This document shows positions 1 through 12,725 of a stretch of DNA of 64,000 nt, one piece after another. The DNA comes from Trichoplax adhaerens (taxonomy: Eukaryota > Animalia > Placozoa), in the NCBI RefSeq assembly GCF_000150275.1, contig NW_002060947.1, positions 3,650,980 through 3,714,979 of the forward strand, read 5' to 3'. A program made the translations under genes and the position numbers. The notes beneath the pieces are model-generated. The model saw nothing but the letters and a program-made list of their open reading frames with translations, was not told where the DNA came from and searched no databases. Position 1 is the first letter of the stretch. Each line of letters opens with the position of its first letter.

Positions 1-3000
1 CCTATATATTAAAATTACCATTTTGTAGTATCTTCTTTTAGTATGTCAAAAAATTTTACTTTTACAATTTCTATTATAATTAAAGTGTACAAAACATTTT
101 TACTTCTAATTACTGATCAATATCTAATAGCAAAGATACTTATTTCAGTTGCAACTTATTAATAACAGTTTTTCAAAGGTCTAAATGTTTATTAATACAG
201 TATAACAACGGTATACATGAAATATATTTTATTTTATGCCTCGATGATGAAATCTATAGTATTAATTTCTTACATTAATAGGTGTTTGAGACTAGAAGAA
301 TGATAGCGAGCAATTAATCAAATATATGGCAACAGTAGTAAATTCTAGATGTGAAAGCCGAGTTATCTATGTAAAATATGCTTAAGCTCATACTGATTAA
401 AAATTGATATTGCAAAGTTTACTCACGTTGAAACCACGCCTATAATTAACATTTTGTATAAGAACACGAGCGGATATCCATTAAATAAGTAATAATTAAT
501 TCCTGGAGTAACCCTTTCGATGAGAGTTTATATTTTACAGACTGAAGAGCACAACAAGTGATGAGAATTCCAATCATGCTTGAAATCCTATAAACCTATA
601 TGTCCAATACTCAGTGTGAAAGCAAAATAAGAATGGCTTAGCTAAAGAGTAAGAATCTATTTCTGTAAGTTAACTCTAATACCGTGTCAAGATTTACAGG
701 ATTGAAAAATAAAACGAAAAATGATTGACGATAATATTTAATCAACTAAGCTATCTGTATTAAACAATTAAAACCTAGGCTAATAATGATTTTACGTATA
801 ATATATCTTATACTATAGTTAATTCCCATTGATTGAACTAAAATCAATGAAAGTTTACTATATAAGGATCAGCATCAGTAAATACTTTATTAGAGATATA
901 AGCTACCAGTACCATTCTTCTATCACGGTGCTTCATCGATAATTTGGAATGAACAAACAAGATTAATCTATGGGATTAACAAAAATGCAAAACCAGTTTG
1001 TTTCTGGATATTATTGGCTAGAATTTTGTTCATTTAATCGGAAATGCAAAAAATTTATCTATTCAAAGTATTTACCATAGCCCCTATGAGTACGAAAATC
1101 TTAATATCGCTACCAATTTCATACAAATCTATCCCGTTAGTGACAATTAAACTGTTATAAAGATGAAACTTGCGTGGTAAGTAACGAAAGATAAAAGAAT
1201 TCAAAATTTGAAACTACAAATGAAATAGAAGCAAATTAAATCGCATTCCTAATATCAACTTCAAAAAAAAATGCCTCAATGCTATCCTATAGTGCATACG
1301 AGTATGGTATATTAATTGAACCTATCTTATTTAAATCATTTCTTGCTTTATTTTTAACTCATTCTAGCCCAGCATATAAAACTATATGCCATTAAATTGA
1401 TAATATGGAATACTGTAGATGATGTATTTCTTACTGATCAGCAAGATTCAATTACTAGAAATCATAAAAAGAAAGTGTTCGGAAGGATCGTTGATCAATT
1501 CTATTAAAACTTTCACATAAAATGATCATAAAAAAGCATAAAATTTTCTGTTATGATTAAATTAAGTTATTAATTATTTTTAGACATTGCTCTTATGGTA
1601 TTGATACATAAGCTTAATTGACAAAAAAATACTATTTTTAAAAGTCATCGGTAACAAACTTTCTTTTATTCTATAGATAAGAAAGACATTTAAACCTCTT
1701 CAAGATCTACTTGCATACAGAAAGTATTTAAGGCTTAAAGTTTTCCATAATGATGGAATCAATAGATCTTATCAATTTTTTAAATAATGCCAAGAAAATA
1801 TTCTAGAACCTTAGTCGAATTAAACAATAGTAACTTTTAAAATTTAAATGTAAGTATAGATGTTTTTCCTACCTATTAGTTGGATTCTGCGTCTCATTAA
1901 TTGAATATCTAGCTAGTACATCAATCAATATATAATAGTAAAGGTAATAAACGTTATTAAACTCTTTTGGTTATAAGGAAATAAAAAAATATCAAGAATA
2001 TCTCAACTAATACTGTAATTAAATTCATTTTGATTCAATCTATTCATTATCTTATAGTTATTCCTGCTCTTAATTTGTAAGCAAATAAAATACTGCCTAT
2101 TTAGCTAACGCCCCAATAAATGTAGACGATGTCTTATTATCGATTTGTCTCTATCTCTTTGTAGAAGTTATTTATATGGCTCAGTTCGTTCATATGCTGA
2201 ATGAAAGTTCAGGGGTAAATCATATTAATTACTATCCATCAATCTTACCGAATCTATAGCACAATTACGATCATTTACAATCACTCAATTTATATTTTAT
2301 TTTAATAAATTACATTTAAATATCAATTTTGATCGTTAATATAAGGCTTGCAATAAAGTTTATCTTTCATCTATCCACAGTCGTCTTCTATTCCTTCTCT
2401 CTATGTACCTTACATAAAAAGGCAATGGAACAACAGCAGTCGGAGTTATTGCAATATCATTGTCTCAGAACTTAATCAATGAAGAAGAAAATACAATAAT
2501 CCTATTTGATATAGGACCATTATTTGAGGACGATAATATTGCCATGGTAGAGTATTCATTCAAAGAGAAGGAATATTAAAAAATTAAATTGTCGAAAAGA
2601 AAAAATGTCAGTCACGAAATTAATCTATATCATCTACTAATTAGTCCAGTGTAATAGAGAATTAAAAATAAATAAGACAGGACAAACAGTAAGAAATATA
2701 AAGACATTAGTACTTAAATCATGTTTTTTCTTCCAATGTAGTTTTAATTAACATGACGTCTCTAACATCCTGCGCCAATTGATTTCCATTACAATGATGA
2801 CGTTGTCAAGGCCATATTACAACTTATTTGCTATGGCTACGCGAGAAATAACGCTAGACTATCATAACCATTAAATATTGATTAAATCTCCCTAACGCAT
2901 TGTTGTTAAACCTGATTTCCAAAAATCAAGTCGCAGTGTTAACACTTCCCTTATATTTACCCTCGAACTCTTCACATCGCAAAATACAATGACTTTTTAA

Positions 3001-3596
3001 TCGTTTTCATGAAGTGACTACAAACGATTTTACATTCAAGATAACCATACTACCATCAAATATACAGTATCTTTTTTATGTTGGTATTTATTCGGGCCGC
3101 TTCAGGACGAAGAAGTATCTTTATCCTAGTCAGCATAACTCTACAATTGAGTAATATTCTATTTGGTGGATACTAATCAAATTTTATGATCTCGATTTCA
3201 TGCCAACCTAAGTGGAACAAATCATTTTTCACTCTTCCTTCTCATCATTATCAACTAAGAATTATACATATATATATACCACTTTCGTTGGGTATGCAAG
3301 TTTACCAATGATATTGAGTTTATACCAACACAAGTAAAACAAATTATTGCCAAAATTCTTTCAATTCTTCCAATTTGTTATCATTAACTAAGAATCTTCT
3401 TATTAATCTCAGCAAAAAAAAGTTCTAATTTACCCAAGACAACGCGTTCATCATCATTGAAAACAGAAGTACTATCATTTTTTATCAAAATACTTTTGTA
3501 CGTCTTAGTATAAAAATTGATTATTATAACTTAAACACTACAATAATATAAATTATAAAGGGGATTAAAAAAATTCCGTCATCAAAAGTTTCAGCT

Positions 3597-6212
3597 ATGA
3601 ATAACAGCCAATATTTGACCAATCTGATAATAATTACTTTTATCTACTTGGCTCTGATAATGCCCTCTATTCGACACATGGCTGATGGAAGCCAGGGTAA
3701 ATCTTACGCATTTAAAGATGGAGATATCATTCTTGGTGGGTTATTTCCAATTCATGAATTTCTATCTGATCAAAATTGCGGTAATATAAGAGAAACAGAA
3801 ATTTCATTACAATTAATGCATGCCATGATCTACGCTGTTCAATCTATCAATAACAGAAAGGATCTATTACCAGGTATACAGTTAGGATTTCAAATTCGCG
3901 ATTCCTGTTCTCGTGACACCATTGCATTAAAAGAATCTCTACTAATGCTAACTCGCCCTGATTCTAATTTCAATACCAGCCTCGCTAGTCAGTATAAGAT
4001 ATTACCAAGTTGTGCTAACAATAATTCACGAAAATATAATAATGCTTCACAAAAACGCATTGTTGGCGTTATCGGACCGGGCAGTAGTCGTGAATCAGTT
4101 CTTGTTTCTGATTTATTAAATATCTTTCGTATACCACAAATCAGTTACAGTTCGACTAGTGATGACTTGAGTGAGAAAGAGAGATATAAATATTTCCTTC
4201 GTACTGTTCCTCGTGATTATCTACAAGTCCGTGCAATGATTGATCTATGCTTACACTATAATTGGTCTTATGTTCAATTCGTCTATTCTGAAGGCAGTTA
4301 TGGTGAAAATGGATTTAAAAATTTTCGTTCACAAATTACTACTCTCAATCTATGTATCGCTGCTGAATATGAACTAGCTCAATCGGCGCCTACACATCGC
4401 TACGATACAGTAATGAGTAGTATACTTAGCAAAAGTAATAAGGCTAAAGTTGTAATTTTATTCTGTAATTGGGGCGAAATGGCAAAATTATTTGAAGCTG
4501 CCGATCGTGCTAATGCTGCTGGTAGGATAATATTTATAGGTAGTGACGATTGGACTACTAATACTTATTATATGAATAGTAGTAATTATGTCGCAGAAGG
4601 ATCTCTTTATTTTCAACTTCATGGCGAGTATGTTAGAGATTTCGATCGTTATTTTACTCAATTAACGCCGTATAATGTGGATCGAATACAAGATCCATGG
4701 TTTAACGAATCTTGGCAAGCTAATTTCAATTGCAATCTTCCACCAGCGACAGAAAATATATGTGACAAAAGTTTACGATGGACTAATGTAACGGGTGGAT
4801 TTACTCAAGGTCGTAAAATAATTTATGTTATTAATGGTGTGTATGCATATGCACATGCTCTTCATAATATGCATAAAGAATTATGTAAAGGAAAATCAGG
4901 TTTATGTTCAGCAATGCAATCGATTGATGGTCATTTATTATTCAAGTATTTGTTGAGAGTAAGTTTCATGGATATTGCTAACAGCAGTCATGTAGAATTC
5001 GATAATCAAGGAGATATTAAAAATGGGGGTTACGATATTGACAATTTACAAAAAGTAAATAAAAGTTACATTTCAAGAATAGTTGGTATATGGTTGTCAG
5101 ATGATTTATCATTAAGAAAAGATACAATTCAATGGTCAATTGGTAATTCAAGTCATATTTTAGAATCGGAATGTAGTCAGCCATGTCAGGAAGGACTATT
5201 TAAGATTATTAAGGAAGAAATTTGCTGTTGGGTGTGTACTAGCTGCATTAGCAAGCAGTATTTTAATTATAGTTTAAGTCAATGCGTTGACTGCCCCATA
5301 AATTACTGGCCGCATCCTAACCGAACATTTTGTATTCCAGTTGATATAACTCATATCAATCTCCGTGATGGTATTTCCGTCATTTTAATCATTTTCAGCA
5401 TTATTGGGATGACATTTGTTGCCTACCTCTTTTATGTTTATCGAAAATTTAACAACCACCCCACAATCAAAGCATCAGGACGAGAGCTATGCTACTGTAT
5501 CATGTGTAGTTCTATCGTTATCTCCATTAATTGTATAACCCCTATTCCAAAGCCAACTATTTCTCTATGTGTTTGGTATCGTGTAGCGACTGGTTTAAGC
5601 TTTTCGTTATGCTATGGCTCATTATTAGTTAAGACAACTCGAATCTATCGCATTTTTCGTCATAGCAAACAGAGCCTAAAAAGGCCATCCTTTACCAGTC
5701 CAAAATCGCAAATTTTGTTCGTGTCGACAATTGTAATTATACGCTTACTCGTTGTTATTACTTGGGTAGGATTAGAACCTCCTGCAATCCAGCGTGAATA
5801 CTACGATTATGGCAAAGAAATTCACTTAAAGTGTAAGCATGCAACAACAGATATGATCATATCAACCTCTATTGATGGCACCTTGATTGTTTTATGTACT
5901 GTATTTGCATTCTTAACTCGACATCTTCCTGAAAATTATAATGAAGCGAGATTTATCAATTTCTCGATGTTTGCCGTTATTATCGTTTGGTTGGCATTTA
6001 TTTCGGCTTATTTTACATTTAAAGTTAATTTACAACCAGTCATGCTTGCCATTACTGGTTATATTTCGGTTATGGCAACCTTACTATTTGTTTTTGTACC
6101 TAAATTATATGAAATATTCATTAACAAGAGGACTAGCATGGCTCCTAATAATTCCGTCGTCGAGCGTGCAGCTGCAGCCGCAGCTACTGCAGGTAATATG
6201 ATTATTGCATGA
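3597..6212 (+). CDS. Class C GPCR, metabotropic glutamate receptor-like (Venus flytrap, Cys-rich domain, 7TM); intronless; 871 aa
   Basis: Single long ORF with an N-terminal hydrophobic signal. VFT motifs GDIILGGLFPIH, IGPGSS, PQISYSSTS, RTVPRD, GSDDW. CRD SECSQPC..CCWVC..C. 7TM motifs IKASGRELCY, KTTRIYRIF, PENYNEARFI, LFVPK. Confidence 0.95.
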   Translation: MNNSQYLTNLIIITFIYLALIMPSIRHMADGSQGKSYAFKDGDIILGGLFPIHEFLSDQNCGNIRETEISLQLMHAMIYAVQSINNRKDLLPGIQLGFQIRDSCSRDTIALKESLLMLTRPDSNFNTSLASQYKILPSCANNNSRKYNNASQKRIVGVIGPGSSRESVLVSDLLNIFRIPQISYSSTSDDLSEKERYKYFLRTVPRDYLQVRAMIDLCLHYNWSYVQFVYSEGSYGENGFKNFRSQITTLNLCIAAEYELAQSAPTHRYDTVMSSILSKSNKAKVVILFCNWGEMAKLFEAADRANAAGRIIFIGSDDWTTNTYYMNSSNYVAEGSLYFQLHGEYVRDFDRYFTQLTPYNVDRIQDPWFNESWQANFNCNLPPATENICDKSLRWTNVTGGFTQGRKIIYVINGVYAYAHALHNMHKELCKGKSGLCSAMQSIDGHLLFKYLLRVSFMDIANSSHVEFDNQGDIKNGGYDIDNLQKVNKSYISRIVGIWLSDDLSLRKDTIQWSIGNSSHILESECSQPCQEGLFKIIKEEICCWVCTSCISKQYFNYSLSQCVDCPINYWPHPNRTFCIPVDITHINLRDGISVILIIFSIIGMTFVAYLFYVYRKFNNHPTIKASGRELCYCIMCSSIVISINCITPIPKPTISLCVWYRVATGLSFSLCYGSLLVKTTRIYRIFRHSKQSLKRPSFTSPKSQILFVSTIVIIRLLVVITWVGLEPPAIQREYYDYGKEIHLKCKHATTDMIISTSIDGTLIVLCTVFAFLTRHLPENYNEARFINFSMFAVIIVWLAFISAYFTFKVNLQPVMLAITGYISVMATLLFVFVPKLYEIFINKRTSMAPNNSVVERAAAAAATAGNMIIA
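4149..5011 (+). repeat. Left arm of an 863-bp perfect inverted repeat (partner 13939-14801)
   Basis: Line-by-line comparison with the reverse complement of 13939-14801 showed no mismatch. Identity extends with 3 mismatches back to about 4083/14867. Confidence 0.95.
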
Positions 6213-9200
6213 TCTATTACTACCTTTATTCATTAAGGACTTACGAAGAATGAATTAGTAATCATCTAACTGATGACAATTGAATTTAAGTATAAATTCT
6301 ATGATTGATCAATAATAATTGTTCATTGCTTTCGCCTAACGGACAATACATTTCAGTTCTTCGGTATTATCATCCGTCGTTAATTTTGCTATAAAATTCG
6401 ATAGCGCTCCATTTAATTTAGCTTGTAGTTCATATATAACTTCAATACATTATATGGTACATTATAGCAAGTTAAGTAGATACTAATTTAGCTACTCGTT
6501 AATCGTTCTTTGTCACGATGCATTGAAAGGATGTACCATTAGCAAGGGAAATTTGATAAATCTGCATGTCATGCTACTATATTAATTATAATAGTCATAG
6601 TAAATATAAAATCCTTTCTTCAGTGTAGTATCATGTAATCAATACCAGTTTTACAATCTAAAATTTATTGTGTTATTCACAATACCGCGTCTAACTATAA
6701 CGGATAGCTAGTTATATTAATTGCAATCAGGCTATAATCTTAGATACAGCAGAATATAAATCAAGTAACCAATTGTTATAATGATTTTATCATTCCTTAA
6801 TTTATCCATATCACCATTTGTTGGTACATACTAGCCATAATGCACAATCCTAAGACGTTATTTCAACAGCGTCCAAAGTTAGTAACACGAACTACAATTA
6901 ACTTAGAGCAGTAATACTTACCATCTTCTAATACCTAGAAATTATCTCATAGACGTAGGGTAATTAATCGAATAGAATCGATAACCTCCATGAATTAGTA
7001 TTTTGTAATAGTTCATCAATTTAACATTCAAGATGATTACAGTCGACCTATTTCTCTCCGTAGGTTACATAATTTAATTTATTCAGGTTAAAGATTGGTA
7101 GGCGATATTATCTACTAATAATTGATCATCTACTTGTACCATATCAACTACAATCTAGATAAATTTTATAACAACTTTATATCAGAATATACATACAACA
7201 CAAATTACCTGCATTATACCACGTATGATTCATTTTAAACACAGCACATAAGCGTTTGTAAGTTTTTGATCAACTACCTTTGCCTCCATTTAATATCTAC
7301 TGTCGGGATCCAACAAACGTAATGAAAATTAATTAAATAAGTTTAAATTTTGGCTGAAATAATGTAACAGTTAGCTTTATATCTTTCCTTTTGAATTGCT
7401 AATATTAGAAATATTAGTATTTTATTTTATCTTATATTTATTCAACAGTCGGAAATACTACGACAGTAGGCTGAGACATGAGGCATTACACCCTAACTAC
7501 GCACTTTTAGTATTTCATGGATAAGTTAGCCAATAGAGTACAGTACGCAAAAATATAGTTTATAATAATGCCAATAAAAGTAATTCCAGTATTAAAAGAA
7601 TCACTCAATTTTTACTCTTTACCGTATCATGAAAAATAACCTAATAATGAACTACTACGTCGTTCTTAGATATAAAGTTTGTGATTTTTAATACAACTGT
7701 GTCTTCTAATAAGTTTAGTAATAAATACGTGACCAAATACCCTTTTATTCACAAAAAAGGTCCTACATATCAGTTATAATTTATTACATATTCAATACGT
7801 GAGATATATCATTAAATACAATTTAAATTATACAACGTAAGATCACTAATTTATGTCTCTTGAAAATTTTTCAGTCCTCGCTCAAGGAGAAATAGAATGC
7901 TATGAATCAGTGCCATAATTACATACTGATATGAAATGCTATCTAATAAATATTCGCTGTCCCGCCATCTTCAGAAAATACACAATACAATGCTGTCTTC
8001 ACATATAGTTTACTAGATTCTTAAAGGGACTCCTACGTACTGATAGCCTATGGGAATGATCATCCATTATGAATTCTACTTCTCTTCCAAGACTAATAAA
8101 TTTCTATCAACATTCGAATGAAGCATTCATAGCTGCACTGACTAAAACCTTTTGTAATCATTTTAAGCTGTAAATACTAGGCGGAAAAAGTTTGCATTAA
8201 GCCTCAATTCTTTATATTGATTTATAACTGTATTATAAGTATCGTATATCGTTCGATCCTGCCATTATGTAAGAACTGAATGCAATAATAATATTTTAAT
8301 TAGTAATAACACTGAACCCCGTTTGACTCGGTTTTTCTAGAAAGAGAGTGTTGAATAATTCACATTCACTACGTACTACACGTGATGAATGATAATATAA
8401 TTTAAAGATAGCCATTGAACTACATAAAGAAATAGTCTTAAGTAAATTTTTTCGGTGCTAATTATATATATATATACTTGGTTCTATTTTGATGGTCTTG
8501 AAGTAAATAATAAGGCCAAATTCTATAAAGAATGATAAATGTCTCTTGACTACTATGTAATATCAGCTATGGAATACTATGTATTCGTTGTAACTTAACA
8601 AAGACTTTTGTGTAAATCGACTTATGTAGTGAAGAATTTTCTTCTATATTGATGCATCAATTCTCTACTATTTTTCTGAATTATATAATTATTCATAACA
8701 ATAAATAAAATTACTCTAAAACTTAAGGTCAAAGTTCATTTCCTCAACGATTCTAATAATGTGCAATTAGATTAAATATTAGTAACAATCAAATTATTTT
8801 AACTTGCTTTCAAAAACTGTAATCGAAATCAAGAACCGTATACTGTATGTGCAACCTAGAATACTAAGCTCTATTAGCATTGAGAATTTCAATCACCATT
8901 ATTGATCTGATGCTGTAATGGCCAACCGTAGATCTACTCGATATTATCTTGGGATAGAAAATTTAATAAGTTTAAAATTCTTACAAAATGTTGAATTTAC
9001 TTGCATCTATTTATACAACTTGTATTACTGAATACCAACACTCAATAAAATCAACCAACCGAAATCGTCCTAGAAATCGTAGCATTTGAAGATTACAGTA
9101 AAGTTGTGAGGGCTAATCAAGATCAACTAGGTTACTCTGGCTATTCTATTTTTAAATTCTCCATAAAGACTGTTACTAAAATTCAACTACGCAAAGATTC

Positions 9201-12200
9201 TTGGTGAAATCCTGACTTTATCAGCAATGTAACAATAGTACTAAGGATTTATAACCATATTCCTTCAAATATATAAACGCGTAAAAATTAGAGCTATTCC
9301 AATTAATCTAGATCGACCAAGATAGCCTACTCTACTGTGAAATTTGCAGCTTTGAATTTTGTTCTTAGAATTTCTCTATGTAAATGTGTAAAATGATTGT
9401 ATGTAGTCTAGAAATATAACAATATAAAGGTCGGATCTAATCTATCAGAATAAGCTAATTTTTAATTCAATCATCTCTCTAGCAAATCTACTATTCAATC
9501 ATTCAATGTCTTAAAGCTCTACTTTTTTGTGCAGTGCTATGGCCGGGCCCGTACTGTCAACAAATCCAACAGTAGAGTATTACGTATCTACTAGTAAGAA
9601 ATTAGAGAACATGACAAAATTGGAAAGATATTAATCCACGACTAAGTCAACTATGTCCTAAGAATTTGTATCCTACTACATCGTAATTAATCCTCAAATA
9701 TCATGAAGTTGTGTAAAAATTCTTTTACTGTAAATGCTAGCACGGTCACTAAGATGCGGTTAAGAATTTACGTCCTAGTAGTTCGTGATTTATAAATTTC
9801 ATTAACTTATGTAGGAAATCTTTTACCGCAAATGCTGGCTAAGTCACTCAAAAATTTAAGGGATTTAGCTTAGACAGAAATAATTCAATTTCATATGCTC
9901 TAGTGACTTATCACCTTATCACGCTCTTTCTTCTGGCGTACTTAAGTCAAAATGTACAATTTTATTAGCTTATACTGTACTATGCATTCATCACCACATA
10001 GATATTAATTGTCAGTGTCATAATTAGGCCTACCGGGGATAGAATCTAGCATATAAACCCGTACCGTAAATGCCCTAATGCGCAGTCAGTATGCGACATA
10101 ATAAATACTTTAGGCGTGAATGTTGCAAAATAAAAAATAAAGGAAATAAGGCAATATATTGAATTTGATTATTTCTCTAACAAAATATTGATATCATACA
10201 ATGAATAACCAATTAAATTCCTCTACCTTTTCTCGATTACAGTATATGGCTAATAAAATACAATATTAGAATGAATCAACACCATCTTAAGAAGTGTGTG
10301 CACTTACGTATTAATAGTTTACCAAACGCAATATAGGTGCGCGAAAGCTTCTATCATGAGTACTCATATTATAGCTCAGAAAAGTTTACATCAAGATCTA
10401 CAAAATCAGGCATTAAATAGTTACATCATTAAAGCGAAAAATGAGATTTAAGCTGTTAGCAAACTGGGTCAAAAACTTAATTATCAACTCAAAATTTGCT
10501 ATGATTTAAAGACAAGAATTATTAGGGTTTTGGAAAACATCTAATGAACGTTCTATAGTGCATTATAGTACTAAATTCAATATCTTAAAAAATGTTTTTG
10601 ATAATGTATCGTAGCTAATATTCACAGAAATATCAGAAAAAATTGACTGATGGCGATTAATTTTCCTTCTCTTATTAAATTGTAAGGATTAAGTAAGGGC
10701 GTTGTCGTATTTATTCATATTCATATATATTTAGTAAATGTATAATCGGCATTTTTTTATCTTCCTATTGCGATTATCAATAACGTGTAACACAGCAGCA
10801 TGGTTGCCATACTTATATTTGTTAATGACAGATTGCTAATAAGGTCTGACGTAATATTCAATCTTTAGAATTAATTAATTATTACGCTAAGTTAAAATAG
10901 TTGTTTTGCAGCAGAATTGAATATTTAAATACTAATCATTAGTGATTTAAATTTAATGCACAAACATCGGTGCATGCCATATCTATTTAAATGCTCCCTT
11001 ATCGAAACGTAATCTTTAATTATATATTTTTATAATAGTTTGATTTGTATATTGAAAAATTTTCTGATCTATCTCCAAAAATAGCTAATTCTGATCAATC
11101 TTTTAAACTTTATTTAATTTTTTATTGATACACTCACACGTGCAATTTGAGCTATACAAGCGTTAACGGTAAGGCAATATAAGTCATATAATCAAATTGC
11201 TATAGAATGATATTTTAGAATATTCCAAAGCTAAATGCTAGTGTTCTTTTGCCCAGTAACAAATAAATATGTTCTATAAATAGAATAGTGAGTATAAACC
11301 GATTACAGATCTGATGAAGAAATCATATCTCATTTATATTTTACAAGTATCATAAAGTGAAAAACAAATCATAACAAATAGTTTATTTATTTCAATACAT
11401 AACATGTAATCAAACTGGGCAGTTCAATACTAATAAAAACTGTTATTAGAGATAAAGAATTGAAATGACAGAAAGCAATCATAATCTTTGCACTAATAAT
11501 ACCGTAATAGCAACGTGGTACTTGAAATTTAATTTAACCTGTATTATTTGAAGACAGTCCAACAATTTTACTATAAATCCTATCGTGTTGGCAATCATTT
11601 ATAAATTAAGTAATTTTTCTCAAATTTACGGTTAAATAAAATAAAAATAAATAGTTCCGCTCCTGTCTATATATATGTTACTATATATATAGAGTATACA
11701 TGCGCACATAAATACCGTACCGTACAAATTTATTTATTCAATCGTCTCATACAGTATGCGCTCATGTGAAATATACATTCTATTATAAAATATTCTCTTG
11801 AGAGTACTTATTCCATCTATAATATCACGATCTGTTGGCCTATTAAATGTTCTAGAAGTTAATTTAGTTCTACAACAAACGGCATAAGTCATGACTGGAT
11901 TTTAAATCAAAATAATACGCGTACTTAGATAATCAAACGATTACTGGAGCGACTGCTAGAATGGTGGTCATATTGAAATTGGATCAGTACCTTTAATAAA
12001 TCCTACAATTACATTTATGTAGTAGTCCAAGTCATATCATGAATACATGGCACATGCATTACACAATTTTAGTTTAAATACTATATGTAAATTTTAATAT
12101 CGGTATACTTGTGATACTCGAAACTGCTAGATTTTAAGCTCAATTATTATTATACATAGATTTTTATAAATGCTTAAAATTCTTGCATTACCTAAATCTT

Positions 12201-12725
12201 TAGTATTTGAACCATTTCCAGTTGACGCATCGATGTGATGATCATTATAAAAGCTTAGTTGCCTACAAGACTAAAATTTTAACCAGATTTCAAAATACCC
12301 TTAATACATTAACGCATATGTGCAGTTATTTTCCTTAATAAGATATATCACAAACGTGATTTATCTCAGAAACAAACTATCCCTAATCAGTAACATGATA
12401 ACAATAGCAGGTATGGAATCAATGTTTGGTTACTACAGAATATATCAACCTCCAATCAATCTCACACCGCATAATAACAGTAAAAGTAACATTTATTTTA
12501 TCGAACTTGTCTTATACTGCACCACTAACAGTCAAGTTGTTCAATTAGTATTGGCATATATGGTAGTCAATAATTAATGCCGATAATATGTATTCATATC
12601 AATCATTTTTAAAAGATTGCGCCTGATTTTCCTTTAAGGATCGCAAAATAATTGTAATTCTTATTTACAACAAGTTCATAAGATGAAAATATTTGTAAAT
12701 TCGGAGGAATTAATACTTTAAAAAT

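Noticed and set aside
5941-6201. Short alternative-frame or antisense ORFs overlapping real genes (also 13051, 28222, 30746, 33240, 57468, 58395, 58880)
   Set aside because: Shadows of true coding exons with no independent evidence.
6213-12725. Recombinase, transposase or other gene in the spacer between the GPCRs
   Set aside because: Only one 85-aa GTG-started ORF without motifs. No terminal repeats or exon chain found.
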